Shown here one piece after another: positions 24,549 through 34,678 of a stretch of 43,394 nucleotides of DNA. The translations under genes were made by a program, and so were the position numbers. Below the pieces are notes generated by a model that ran no database searches, was not told where the DNA came from, and saw only the letters and a list, made by a program, of their open reading frames with translations. Positions within the stretch are counted from its first letter, which is position 1; each line of letters begins with the position of its first letter. This DNA comes from Planctomycetota bacterium (GTDB lineage Bacteria > Planctomycetota > Planctomycetia > Pirellulales > Thermoguttaceae), in NCBI GenBank assembly GCA_015661985.1, contig DQVB01000391.1, forward strand, positions 1 through 43,394, written 5' to 3'.

Positions 24549-26147
24549 ATGCGCCGGATCGAGGTCTACGACACGACGCTGCGGGACGGGGCGCAGGCCG
24601 AAGGGATCAGCTTTTCTCTGCAGGACAAGCTCCTGTTGACCCGCCGCCTGGACAGCCTGGGGTTCGACTACGTCGAAGGTGGTTACCCGGCGTCGAACGA
24701 AAAGGATTGGGAGTACTTTCAGCGGGTTGGCGAACTGCCGCTGGAGCACGCCACGGTTTGTGCCTTCGGCATGACGCGGCGCAAGGACACCGCGGTCGAG
24801 GAGGACAAAGGGCTCAGGCGGCTCCTGGATTCGGGGGCCGAAGTGATCACGCTGGTGGGCAAGTCTTCGGCCTTCCAGGTCACGGCGGTCCTGGAGACAT
24901 CGCTGGAGGAGAACCTGGCCATGGTCGGCGACAGTGTCCGGCTGCTGCGCCAGTCGGGGCGGGCGGTGATCTTTGACGCCGAGCATTTCTTCGACGGTTG
25001 GAAGGCCGACGCCGGCTACGCCATGGCTGTGCTGGAGCGGGCGATCGAGGCGGGGGCGCGGATGGTGGTGCTCTGCGACACCAACGGTGGCAGTATGACT
25101 GAGCAGATCGGTTCGATTTGCCGGCAGGTGGTGGAGCGAGTCTCCGTGCCGGTGGGCATCCACTGCCACAACGACTGCGACCTGGCCGTGGCCAACACGC
25201 TGGCTGCGGTCGACGCCGGTGTGGTGCAGGTCCAGGGCACGGTGAACGGCTTCGGCGAGCGGTGCGGGAACGCCGATTTGATTTCGGTCATCGCCAACTT
25301 GGCAATCAAGAAGCGAGGGTACGAAGTGCTCCAGCCGGACAGCGTCCGTTCGCTGACCGAGCTGTCGCGCTACGTCTACGAAATGGTGAACATGAACTTC
25401 CGGCCCCATCAGCCGTTCGTGGGCAAAAGCGCCTTTGCCCACAAGGGCGGGATGCACGTCAGCGGCGTGCACCGTACCACCCGGAGCTATGAGCACATCG
25501 ATCCCCAGATGGTGGGCAACGAGCGCCGGGTGTTGTTGAGCGAATTGTCCGGGCGGTCGAACATCCTGGCGCTGACCAGCCGCTTGGCCATCCCCAAGGA
25601 TTCGGACCTGATGGACCGCATCCTGGCCAAGGTGGTGGCCATGGAGGCGGCCGGCTACCAGTTTGAAGCGGCCGAGGGGTCCTTCGACCTCTTGGTGCGG
25701 AAGTGCTCCGGCACGTACCGGGCCCATTTCCAGCCCCTGCATTACCATGTGAACGTGGACAACAAGGCGGGAGGCGAAGTGACGGCCGAGGCCATGGTGA
25801 AGATCCGCATTGGGGATGAGGTGCGATTCGAGGCGGCCGAGGGGCACGGGCCGGTGGATGCCTTGGACGCGGCGCTGCGTAAAGCGCTGAACGGCCGCTT
25901 TGAGGCCTTGAACCGTTTGCACTTGGTGGACTATAAAGTGCGCGTGATCAATTCAGAGGCAGCGACGGCGGCTTGGGTCCGCGTGGTGATCGAGAGCCAG
26001 GACGAGGACGACGTGTGGGGCACGGTGGGGGTGAGCGAGAACATCATCGAAGCCAGCTGGAATGCGCTGGTGGAGAGCTACGAGTACAAGTTGCACAAGG
26101 ACGAAGACATCTGTCCCGTGGCCGGTGGCCCGGCGGCTGCCGGGTGA
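24549..26147 (+). CDS. cimA: (R)-citramalate synthase (LeuA/CimA family, CimA-type)
   Basis: ATG at 24549 after GAGGGAG. MRRIEVYDTTLRDGAQAEGISFSLQDK...HCHNDCDLAVANTLAAV, plus a C-terminal LeuA-dimer regulatory domain. The overall pattern looks like the bacterial citramalate synthase subfamily rather than canonical LeuA. Confidence 0.8.
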   Translation: MRRIEVYDTTLRDGAQAEGISFSLQDKLLLTRRLDSLGFDYVEGGYPASNEKDWEYFQRVGELPLEHATVCAFGMTRRKDTAVEEDKGLRRLLDSGAEVITLVGKSSAFQVTAVLETSLEENLAMVGDSVRLLRQSGRAVIFDAEHFFDGWKADAGYAMAVLERAIEAGARMVVLCDTNGGSMTEQIGSICRQVVERVSVPVGIHCHNDCDLAVANTLAAVDAGVVQVQGTVNGFGERCGNADLISVIANLAIKKRGYEVLQPDSVRSLTELSRYVYEMVNMNFRPHQPFVGKSAFAHKGGMHVSGVHRTTRSYEHIDPQMVGNERRVLLSELSGRSNILALTSRLAIPKDSDLMDRILAKVVAMEAAGYQFEAAEGSFDLLVRKCSGTYRAHFQPLHYHVNVDNKAGGEVTAEAMVKIRIGDEVRFEAAEGHGPVDALDAALRKALNGRFEALNRLHLVDYKVRVINSEAATAAWVRVVIESQDEDDVWGTVGVSENIIEASWNALVESYEYKLHKDEDICPVAGGPAAAG

Positions 26148-26290
26148 GACGCCCGCTTGAGTGGTGGGACCGGGCTTTCCAGCCCGTGGGCAACACCCGG
26201 CTCGAGCGAGCCGAGGCTATGCGGGGCGGAGCGTGACCAAAGAATGTGCGTCCTGTGGGGCGGCCCTTTCAACGTCTCGGGAAAAGAACC

Positions 26291-29200
26291 ATGAGCGGCG
26301 CAGCAACCTCCCAGGATCTGCCCAAACAGTACGACCACGCTGCCGCCCAGAATCGCTGGTACCGGTTCTGGGAGGAGCAGGGGTACTTCCACAGCGAGCC
26401 CAACCCGGAGCGTGAGCCCTATACGATCGTCATTCCCCCGCCCAATGTGACCGGTGCCCTGCATCTGGGACACGCCCTGAATAACACGCTCCAGGACATT
26501 CTCATCCGTCAGAAGCGGATGCAAGGGTTCGAGACGCTTTGGGTGCCGGGCACCGACCATGCGGGCATCGCCACCCAGGCGGTGGTGGAACGACGCCTGT
26601 TGACCGAAGAGCAAAAGACCCGGCACGACGTGGGCCGCGAAGGGCTCATCGAGCGGATCTGGAAGTGGAAGCACGAATACGAAGGGCGGATCTTGAGTCA
26701 ATTGAAGCAGATGGGCTGCAGCTGCGACTGGCAGCGAACCCGCTTCACGCTCGACCCCGTCTGCGCCCGCGCCGTGCGTCACACGTTCTTCCGCCTGTTC
26801 CAGCAAGGGTTGATCTATCGCGGCAAACGCCTGGTCAACTGGGATACCTTCCTGCAGACGGCCGTCAGTGACGACGAGGTGTTCCACGAAACGGTGCCCG
26901 GGCATTTCTGGTACTTCCACTACCCGGTTATCGATCCCAAGCCGGGCGAGCCATCCTTGGTGACCATCGCCACCACGCGTCCGGAGACGATGCTGGGGGA
27001 CACCGCCGTGGCCGTGCATCCCTTCCCGGCGACGGCCTTGGAGCGGGCCATCGAGGAGCTGGAAGGGCGCATCGCTTCGGCGCCGTCCAAGATGCGGCCC
27101 GCGTTGGAGGCCGAGCTGGAAGAGCTCCGCCGGCGCCAACGGGCCCTGCTGCCGGAACTGATCCGGCTGCGCGACATGGCCTCCGATGGTCGCCAGGTGA
27201 TGCTGCCTCTGTTGAACCGCCCCATCCCGCTCATCGCCGACGATTGGGCCAAGCCCGAGCTAGGGACCGGTTGCGTGAAGATCACCCCGGCCCACGACCC
27301 GAACGACTACGAGGTGGGTCTGCGCCACCAGCTGCCCATGATCAACATCCTCAACCCCGACGGGACGCTCAACGAAAACGCGGGGCCCTATCGGGGCCAG
27401 ACGGTCATGGAGGCCCGCCAGCACGTGGTGGAGGATATGGAACGTCAAGGGCTGCTGGTGAAGGCGGAGGAGCGGGAGATCGAATTGGCGCATTCCGACC
27501 GTTCCAAGACGCCCATCGAGCCGCTGCTGACTGACCAGTGGTTCATCAAGATGGATCAGCTGGCCCAACTGGCCATGGACGCTGTGACCGACGGCCGTGT
27601 GAAGATCATCCCGCCGCGGTACGCCAAGGCGTATCTGGATTGGCTCAGCGAGAAGCGGGATTGGCCCATCAGCCGCCAGCTCTGGTGGGGCCACCAGATC
27701 CCGATCTGGTATTGCCGCACCGCCTCCCGCCAAGAGATCGAAGCGGCCTTCGCCGGGCGTCAAGACGTGGCGTGGCGGCGCGACGAATCGTCCGGCCAGT
27801 GGCTCATCTGCGCCCAAGAGGAAGATCTCCCGGAAGATGCCGTCCCCGGCCACCGACTGGTCCGCGAACAGGACGTGCTGGATACCTGGTTCAGCTCCGC
27901 CCTCTGGCCCCACTCCACCTTGGGTTGGCCCGAGCAGACCGCTGAGCTGCAGTACTACTATCCCACCAGTACCCTGATCACCAGCCGCGACATTATCACG
28001 CTGTGGGTGGCCCGCATGGTGCTGACCGGGCTTTTCAACGTGGGCGACGTCCCGTTCCGCGAAGTCTATATCCACCCGAAGATACTCGACGGCTACGGCG
28101 AAGGGATGTCCAAGTCCAAAGGCAACGGGGTCGATCCGCTGGACGTTATGGAGAAGTTCGGGGCCGATTCCCTCCGCTTCGGCCTGGCCTACCTGACCAC
28201 CGAAACGCAGGATATCCGCATGCCCGTCGATTTCGAATGCCCGCACTGCGGCGCGCTGGTGCCACAGACGCGGGCAAACCGTGTGTTGCCCCGGGTCCGC
28301 TGCGGGCAGTGCCGGCAGCATTTCGCCACCCAATGGGCGGAAAAGCCCCAGGACCGGGCGCTGCCGCGAGGCCCCGTGGTCAGCGACCGCTTTGAGGTGG
28401 CCCGCAACTTCTGCAACAAGCTGTGGAACGCCTCGCGCTTCGCTCTGCTGAACCTCGAGGGCTATACGCCCGGTCCAGTGGCCGATGCCGAACTGGAAGT
28501 GGAGGACTGCTGGATCCTCAGCCGGCTGGCCACGGTGACCCGCCAGGTGACCGAGGCGCTGGACGGTTACCGGTTTGCCGACGCTGCGCGCACTTTGTAC
28601 GCGTTCTCATGGGACGAGTTCTGCAGCTTCTACGTGGAGATGCTCAAACCGCGGCTTCAACACCCGGCGCGCCGGCCCCCGGCCCAACGACTGCTGGCCC
28701 ACACGCTGGACAACCTGCTGCGCCTGCTGCACCCGATCATCCCCTTCCTCACCGAGGACGTCTGGCAGCGGTTGGCCCGATCGGCCCCGCAGCGGGGCCT
28801 GCCGGAACCGCAACCGGCCGCCGAAAGCATCATGATCGCCCCCTGGCCGACCAGCGATACCCGCCGCGAGGACGCGGCCATCGAAGCCCGGTTCGCCTCT
28901 TTCCAACAGGTGCTGCGGGCGGTGCGGGAGATCCGCAGCCGCCAGAACCTGGCCCCTCAGCGGACCATCCGGTTCTCGGTGCGCTGCCCGGCCGCCGTGG
29001 CCGACCAGCTCCGGCCCATGGAGCCCTACTTCCGCTCCATGGCCAAGGCCGAGGCCGTCGGCTGGGGCCCCGACGTCCAGCCGCCCGCCTGGGCCGCCAC
29101 GGCCACGGCAGCCGATATGGAGGTCTTCGTCGACCTGGCCGGCTTGATGGACAAACAGGCGGAAATCCGCCGCAAACAAAAAGAGCTGGAAAAGCTGGAT

Positions 29201-29359
29201 ACCCTGATCAGCTCGAAACAAAAAAAACTGGCCAACGAACGGTTCCTGCAAAGGGCCCCGCGAGCCGTGGTAGAGCGTGAGCGGCAAAGCCTGCAGACGC
29301 TTCAACACCAGCGCAGCCTGATGGCGGAAACCCTGCGGCGGTTACAAGGAAGTGCTTGA
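26291..29359 (+). CDS. valS: valine--tRNA ligase
   Basis: ATG at 26291. HIGH-type motif PPPNVTGALHLGHA, KMSKS-type motif GMSKSKGN, the CP1 editing domain and a C-terminal coiled coil. Confidence 0.95.
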   Translation: MSGAATSQDLPKQYDHAAAQNRWYRFWEEQGYFHSEPNPEREPYTIVIPPPNVTGALHLGHALNNTLQDILIRQKRMQGFETLWVPGTDHAGIATQAVVERRLLTEEQKTRHDVGREGLIERIWKWKHEYEGRILSQLKQMGCSCDWQRTRFTLDPVCARAVRHTFFRLFQQGLIYRGKRLVNWDTFLQTAVSDDEVFHETVPGHFWYFHYPVIDPKPGEPSLVTIATTRPETMLGDTAVAVHPFPATALERAIEELEGRIASAPSKMRPALEAELEELRRRQRALLPELIRLRDMASDGRQVMLPLLNRPIPLIADDWAKPELGTGCVKITPAHDPNDYEVGLRHQLPMINILNPDGTLNENAGPYRGQTVMEARQHVVEDMERQGLLVKAEEREIELAHSDRSKTPIEPLLTDQWFIKMDQLAQLAMDAVTDGRVKIIPPRYAKAYLDWLSEKRDWPISRQLWWGHQIPIWYCRTASRQEIEAAFAGRQDVAWRRDESSGQWLICAQEEDLPEDAVPGHRLVREQDVLDTWFSSALWPHSTLGWPEQTAELQYYYPTSTLITSRDIITLWVARMVLTGLFNVGDVPFREVYIHPKILDGYGEGMSKSKGNGVDPLDVMEKFGADSLRFGLAYLTTETQDIRMPVDFECPHCGALVPQTRANRVLPRVRCGQCRQHFATQWAEKPQDRALPRGPVVSDRFEVARNFCNKLWNASRFALLNLEGYTPGPVADAELEVEDCWILSRLATVTRQVTEALDGYRFADAARTLYAFSWDEFCSFYVEMLKPRLQHPARRPPAQRLLAHTLDNLLRLLHPIIPFLTEDVWQRLARSAPQRGLPEPQPAAESIMIAPWPTSDTRREDAAIEARFASFQQVLRAVREIRSRQNLAPQRTIRFSVRCPAAVADQLRPMEPYFRSMAKAEAVGWGPDVQPPAWAATATAADMEVFVDLAGLMDKQAEIRRKQKELEKLDTLISSKQKKLANERFLQRAPRAVVERERQSLQTLQHQRSLMAETLRRLQGSA

Positions 29360-29557
29360 AGAAGCCGCCCGGGAAAGCCGGCCCGACGCGTTGGCAGCAA
29401 TCGAGGGGCCGGTCATTCCACCCGCTAGGTGGAACGGCTCCTGCTCCAAAGGTCCAGATACTTCGTCCGCAACCATGCGGATTGCCACCGCGCGCCCCGC
29501 CGGCATGGTCATGCAGGCCCTTCGCCTGCCCCCTGGCCTTCCCCTGCCAGACCGGCT

Positions 29558-29563
29558 TATAAT
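29558..29563 (+). promoter_or_regulatory. possible -10 element (TATAAT) upstream of the nuclease gene
   Basis: Perfect TATAAT in GC-rich intergenic DNA, 126 nt upstream of the ATG at 29689. The hairpin AGTGGT-TGAG-ACCACT follows at 29565-29580. The -35 element is weak. Confidence 0.3.
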
Positions 29564-29688
29564 GAGTGGTTGAGACCACTGGCGATCCCCGGAGCCCGGG
29601 GACGCATCGGGGCCAACGGCTGCAGGTCGGTCACCCGATGATGTTCCATTGCTCGCCGGATTTCGCCGCACCGTGAAAGGATCAGGCC

Positions 29689-30096
29689 ATGCCCGTGCCC
29701 ATGCAACTTTCCCGGATCATCATCAGCGACATCAACGACCATCAGGTGATCTACCTGAAGGAGATCGACGGGGACCGCCAGTTCCCGATCTTGATCGGGA
29801 TCTTCGAGGCCCACAGCATCAACCGGCGCGTCAACGGCTATACGTCGCCCCGGCCCCTGACCCATGACCTGATCGTCAACGTGGTGGAGAACCTCGGTGC
29901 GGAACTGCAAGACGTGGTGATCACCGAGCTGCGCGAACACACCTATTACGCCAAGCTCCGCGTGCGCCAGGAAGGGGAACTGGTGGAGATCGACGCCCGG
30001 CCCTCGGACGCCATCGCCGTGGCCGTCACCTGCAAGCCGCCCCTGCCTATCTACGTCAACGAAGAGGTGCTCAACGACGTGCTCGGCGACCATTAG
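29689..30096 (+). CDS. bifunctional nuclease (BFN / DUF151 family)
   Basis: ATG after AAAGGA. VIYLKEIDGDRQFPILIGIFEAHSI...RPLTHDL...YYAKL...IDARPSDAIAVAV is typical of the BFN domain. Confidence 0.8.
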   Translation: MPVPMQLSRIIISDINDHQVIYLKEIDGDRQFPILIGIFEAHSINRRVNGYTSPRPLTHDLIVNVVENLGAELQDVVITELREHTYYAKLRVRQEGELVEIDARPSDAIAVAVTCKPPLPIYVNEEVLNDVLGDH

Positions 30097-30409
30097 CTCC
30101 CGCCTTGGACGGGGGTAATCCATTGCCGGTAAGCGTTGGCGGATCGGCAACATCCGCGGCGCGGGCCAAACAAACTGCTTATTCGGGGGCGAGGCCCGCG
30201 CGCCGGGGGCAATTATCTGGCTGTGGAAAGCCGTGACCAGCCGCCGCACTCGAAAAAGGAGATGCCTCCCGCGCCGTGAACGGATGCCTTCGATCACCTG
30301 CCCGCACCCGCTCCACGTACTCATCCACACTGGGAGCCACGCCCAACATGGCAAACCGCCCGGTGTTCCCGTTTGATTACGAAGAAAGGCTGGCTTGCCA
30401 TTTCAGGAG

Positions 30410-30490
30410 GCCACAGAGGACTCAGAGATCACCGAGACTCAGAGCATCCGTACATCCGGCTCCCTCCGTGCCCTCTGTGTGCTCCGTGGC
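30410..30490. repeat. long imperfect inverted repeat built from CWCAGAG / CTCYGTG sub-repeats
   Basis: Arms 30410-30436 and 30464-30490 are complementary at 21 of 27 positions, with a 27-nt spacer. The arms themselves are degenerate short tandem repeats. Confidence 0.6.
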
Positions 30491-30896
30491 AACCCGATAG
30501 CTCTGCATCGCCGGCGCACAACAAGCCGAGCCACAGATCCCCTACTGTCACTGCGACTCACCTGGAAACGGCACCAAGGGGCTCTGGACTTCCTGCCCTC
30601 TCATTCCTTCTCCGCCGCTGCCAGGTGGAATTACCCGTGGCCCGTGACCGTCGGCCCATGCCGCACCAGATGGAACTGGCAAGGGACGGGTAGTCTTACC
30701 GGGTCACAAGAAACAAAGGGCGCCCCTGCGGCACGATAGTCGCAAGGAAATCAGGTTCCACTTGCCACGGGATTCGTTGCGGATCATGGTCGCAACTCCG
30801 ATGTCAGCTTCCCTCAGACCACGGGGTCCTCTACAATGATCCCACTTGCAGCGACAAATGATCGCAGCTGCCTGACCAGATCCGGCAAGCCATTTT

Positions 30897-31223
30897 TCAT
30901 GGAAGTCCGTCTTCTTGCTTCGGAAACCGGGTCTGTGGGATGTCTGCCGTACAAGGGCCAGGTCGGGTGGCGGGGCCTGGGCCGAAAACGTCGCAGCCAC
31001 TCGATACCCATCTCACCCTACGGAAGCGGCCACTGGAAGCGGATCGGTCGTGGTTGTACTCGATGTACAGCGTGCCGGCGTGCTCTTGGTATTCGTTGAC
31101 CGGCTTGCCCGTGGAATCGTACTGGAAGAGGACTTGGTTCAGGACAGCGCCGTCGCCGCTCGAGGAGCTGCCCCAGGGCGGTGTCGGCTGAGGATATTGA
31201 CTGTTTGCAAGGGACCGGTACAA
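30897..31223 (-). pseudogene. possible YD/RHS-repeat protein remnant
   Basis: Only the segment VLNQVLFQYDSTGKPVNEYQEHAGTLYIEY looks like a YD repeat. There is no credible N- or C-terminus, and it sits in a 1.2-kb gene-poor stretch. Confidence 0.3.
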
Positions 31224-31303
31224 TTCCGTGCTTCGCCGGTGGAGAGACGCGGATCCGAGTGGCTTGAAACAGGGAGGGGGTCAGGATTCGGAGAACTGGA
31301 TGT

Positions 31304-32224
31304 ATGACTTTCAAAGCTTTTGGACTCTCAGGTCGACGGCCAGTAACTCACGGCGTCCCTGCTGTGCTGGCCGCGATCCTGTTGTGTTTGCCTACCGCGC
31401 AGGCGGCCGCTGGATCGCAGGCCTATCCCAACAGCCGTCTGCTGGCTGAACCCGAGGACTTGTCGAGGCCGGCGCCCCGGGTCGTGCTGGATGTACGACC
31501 GAGGGCAGCGTACGCGGCTGGCCATATTCCTGGAGCGGTATGGATCGACACTGAGTTGTGGGCAACGAAAAGCCGCGAAGCAGGCGCGTTGGAGGATGCG
31601 GCCCTTTGGGCCCGGCTGGTCGGCGATCTGGGCATCGACGGCCGGACGCCCGTGGTGGTGTACGATGAGGTAGTCACGCCCACCGCAGCTCGTATCTGGT
31701 GGCTTTTGCGCTACGTGGGTCTTCCGGACGTTCGCATCGTCAACGGCGGGTTGGCGGCTTGGGAGAAGGCACACGGCGCGGTTACCGGAGAGGTACCGCA
31801 AGTCACGCGCGCGAACTTCCAGCCTCGATTCCAGCCGCACATGTTGGCCAACCGCCACTTCATCGCAAAGTCGCTGGGGCAGCCGGGCGTCTGTCTGGTG
31901 GACGCCCGTACGGAGGCGGAGTACAACGGCCAGCCGGCCCGTGGCGCTACAGGGGGACGGATTCCAGGTGCCCGGCATCTGGAATGGACCAACTTCGTGG
32001 ACGAGAACGGTCGCATGAAGCCCGCCGGGGAAATCCGCAAACTCGTTGAAGAGCACCAGATCACGGCCGACCAAACGATTGTGGCCTATTGCCGAAGTGG
32101 AGGCAAAGCTTCCCTGAATGCCTTCGCGCTGGAACTGATGGGGCTGAAGAGCGTCCGCAACTACTACGGTTCCTGGCTGGGTTGGAGCGCCGATCCAAGC
32201 CTGCCCACCGAGCCGCGTCCCTAG
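31304..32224 (+). CDS. secreted two-domain rhodanese-type sulfurtransferase
   Basis: Signal peptide ...AVLAAILLCLPTAQAAAG. Two rhodanese domains. Active-site loop YCRSGGKAS. Confidence 0.85.
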   Translation: MTFKAFGLSGRRPVTHGVPAVLAAILLCLPTAQAAAGSQAYPNSRLLAEPEDLSRPAPRVVLDVRPRAAYAAGHIPGAVWIDTELWATKSREAGALEDAALWARLVGDLGIDGRTPVVVYDEVVTPTAARIWWLLRYVGLPDVRIVNGGLAAWEKAHGAVTGEVPQVTRANFQPRFQPHMLANRHFIAKSLGQPGVCLVDARTEAEYNGQPARGATGGRIPGARHLEWTNFVDENGRMKPAGEIRKLVEEHQITADQTIVAYCRSGGKASLNAFALELMGLKSVRNYYGSWLGWSADPSLPTEPRP

Positions 32225-32257
32225 CCGAGTTGCAGGAGTCCGGCTGGTGCGCCGGCG

Positions 32258-32285
32258 GTCGCTGAGGCCAGGGGCAGCGACTTTT
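32258..32285 (+). terminator. intrinsic terminator after the rhodanese gene
   Basis: GTCGCTG-N10-CAGCGAC followed by TTTTG, 34 nt after the stop. Confidence 0.65.
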
Positions 32286-32470
32286 GTACGGCGGCCGCTG
32301 CGCCGGGCAGCTGGAGTTGATCGCGTCAATGGGCAGGCCTGGCCACGCGTTCGCCACCGCTGCCTCCTCTGTATCCCAACGTCGAGCTACGGCCACTGGG
32401 CGAGTTGCCAAAGGGCTGGACAACAGACGTAATGCGGGTAGGATGCGCAGAGAACAGGGTGTGAGGAGCG

Positions 32471-34345
32471 ATGTGGCGTGAATTCCTGGCCAGCGGCCAA
32501 GCGCTGGTGAAGACGTACCGTCGGCACTGGTTGCAACTGGCCGCCGTTGATTTGGCGTCCAAAGCGGCAGGTTTTATTGTGCTTGCTCCGGCGGCCGGCC
32601 TGCTAGCCCGCGCGCTGCTGGCCCTTTCCGGAAACGCTCTTCTGGCCGATCAGGACATCGTGGCGTTCCTGGCCGGACCGGTGGGCTGGGTTTTTCTTTT
32701 GGTCATCGTGTCGGCCAACCTGGCTGTTCTGGCCGTGGGTCTGTCCGCAGCGCTCGTCTACCTGGAGGCGGCGGATCACGTGGCCGGTTTTCGTTGGCCG
32801 GACGCTTTGACATTCTCGCTCCGCCGCCTTGGCAGGATCTTCGACCTGGCATGGCGAGTTGTCCTGAGGCTGGGGGCGTTGGTGGTCCCGTTTCTGGGCG
32901 CCGGTCTGCTTGTGGGCTGGATCCTTCTGAGCGAGCACGACATCAACTTCTATTTGGTTCACCGCCCGCCGGAATTGCTCATTGCCGTAGCCGTCGTTTC
33001 GGGCTTGGGGGCTGGTTATCTGGCTCTTGCGGCCGCCCTGATTGCCCGTTGGTTTTTTGCCCTTCCGTTGATTCTGCTGGAGGAGTACCCGCCGCGGCAG
33101 GCTATGGCTGAAAGTGCACGACGTTCGCAAGGCCACCGTGCGGCGGTGTTCGTGTTCATCCTCATCGTGGTGCTGGCGTTGGCGGTGTTTTCGGCGGCGA
33201 GTTCCGTTCTGGGGGCATGGGCCACGGCATGGGTGTTGGGAAGCGTCCAACGGACACCCGCCCTGTTCGTTGCGATTCTCGGTTTTGCGTTTCTGGGTTG
33301 GTCGCTGTGGCACGTGGTGCTGGGAGTTCTGGGCGACACGATCTTTGCGGCGGCCGTGGCGGTGGTCTACCGGCGTCACGGCCGCTTTGGTACTCGTCCA
33401 TCGCTGCTTGAGTCGTTCCACCCAGCCGGCCATTCCCGCCGGCTGCGCGTGCCGCGCTTCGCCCAGGGCTTGGCGATCCTGCTGGCCGTGCCCCTGGCCG
33501 GGGCCACCGGCTGGTATCTGTTGGCGCAGGTGCCTGTCGAGGAGTCGGTCGTCGTGCTGGCCCATCGCGCGGGGGCCACGGCGGCGGCGGAAAACACTTT
33601 GGCGGCCATCGAGAAAGCCATCCAGCTGGGGGCGGACTACGTGGAGATCGACGTCCAGCAGACGGCCGACGGCCATGTGGTACTCGCCCACGACCGGGAT
33701 CTGATGAGGGTGGCGGGGGTGCCCGTCGTGATAGAAGAGGCGACGCTGGAGGAGCTGAAGAGCGTGGACGTCGGGAGGTTCTTCGGGCCTCAGTGCGCCG
33801 GTCAGCGGGTACCCGAGCTGGCAGATGCCCTGTCCGCTTGTCGAGGCCGCATCGGGATGGCCATCGAACTGAAGCACTACGGCCAGGCGAACCGCCTGGA
33901 GGAAAGCGTGATCGAGTGCGTGGAGCGATTCGGCATGGCGGAAGAGGTTCTTCTTTTGTCGCTGGATCGCGGCACGGTCAGGAAGCTGAAACGGCTGCGT
34001 CCCAGCTGGCGTGTGGGCCAGTTGACGGCCGTCGCCGTGGGTGATCTGGCCAGGGATGAAGTCGATGTGCTCGCGGTGCACAGTTCGCTGGCCACCCTCT
34101 CCTTGGTCGAACGGGCCCACGGTCGGGGCCAGCAGCTGTTTGCATGGACGATCAATGACCCGGTGCTCCTGTCCGTGATGGCCAGCCGCGGTGTGGACGG
34201 CGTCATCACCGATGATGTTCAGATGGCTCGGGAGGTCCTGCGCCAGCGTGCCGAAATGACACCGCTGGAACGGCTCATGCTCGAAGCGGCCATCGTTTTG
34301 GGGCGCCAGCCCACTGTGCTCGCGCCGCGGGCCAATTCAAACTGA
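32471..34345 (+). CDS. membrane-anchored glycerophosphodiester phosphodiesterase (GDPD membrane domain plus GDPD catalytic domain)
   Basis: ATG after GAGGAG. About 340 aa with 7-8 TM helices, then VLAHRAGATAAAENTLAAIEKAIQLGADYVEIDVQQTADGHVVLAHD. Confidence 0.88.
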   Translation: MWREFLASGQALVKTYRRHWLQLAAVDLASKAAGFIVLAPAAGLLARALLALSGNALLADQDIVAFLAGPVGWVFLLVIVSANLAVLAVGLSAALVYLEAADHVAGFRWPDALTFSLRRLGRIFDLAWRVVLRLGALVVPFLGAGLLVGWILLSEHDINFYLVHRPPELLIAVAVVSGLGAGYLALAAALIARWFFALPLILLEEYPPRQAMAESARRSQGHRAAVFVFILIVVLALAVFSAASSVLGAWATAWVLGSVQRTPALFVAILGFAFLGWSLWHVVLGVLGDTIFAAAVAVVYRRHGRFGTRPSLLESFHPAGHSRRLRVPRFAQGLAILLAVPLAGATGWYLLAQVPVEESVVVLAHRAGATAAAENTLAAIEKAIQLGADYVEIDVQQTADGHVVLAHDRDLMRVAGVPVVIEEATLEELKSVDVGRFFGPQCAGQRVPELADALSACRGRIGMAIELKHYGQANRLEESVIECVERFGMAEEVLLLSLDRGTVRKLKRLRPSWRVGQLTAVAVGDLARDEVDVLAVHSSLATLSLVERAHGRGQQLFAWTINDPVLLSVMASRGVDGVITDDVQMAREVLRQRAEMTPLERLMLEAAIVLGRQPTVLAPRANSN

Positions 34346-34405
34346 TCACGTCGGAGTCGGCGATCAACATGACCGAAGCCCAGAGCAGGGAGGTTCAGAA
34401 TCGGA

Positions 34406-34678
34406 ATGCGGGGACGAACACGTGCTTTCCGATGCTGTCCGCCATCGGAAGCCGATAGCTTTGGCGTCGGTTGGTACTACCTGGGGACCAGTTCGGAATC
34501 GGGACCTTTGGCCTCACTCGGCGGCCCCGTCGCAGACGGACAGGGCGTGGAAGTGTTCTACAATTGGGAAGTGTCACCCTGGTTTCATCTGACCACGGAC
34601 CTCCAAGTGATGGTCCCGGCCCGCAAGACCGTCGGCCCGGCCCTGGTGCTCGGCTTCCGGGCGAAAATGGATTTCTGA
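34406..34678 (+). pseudogene. C-terminal remnant of an OprB-family carbohydrate porin
   Basis: DSFGVGWYYLGTS...VEVFYNWEVSPWFHLTTDLQVMVPA...VLGFRAKMDF resembles the last 75 aa of OprB porins. The frame opens only at 34373, 28 nt after the GDPD stop, so the N-terminal 80 percent or so is absent. Confidence 0.55.
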
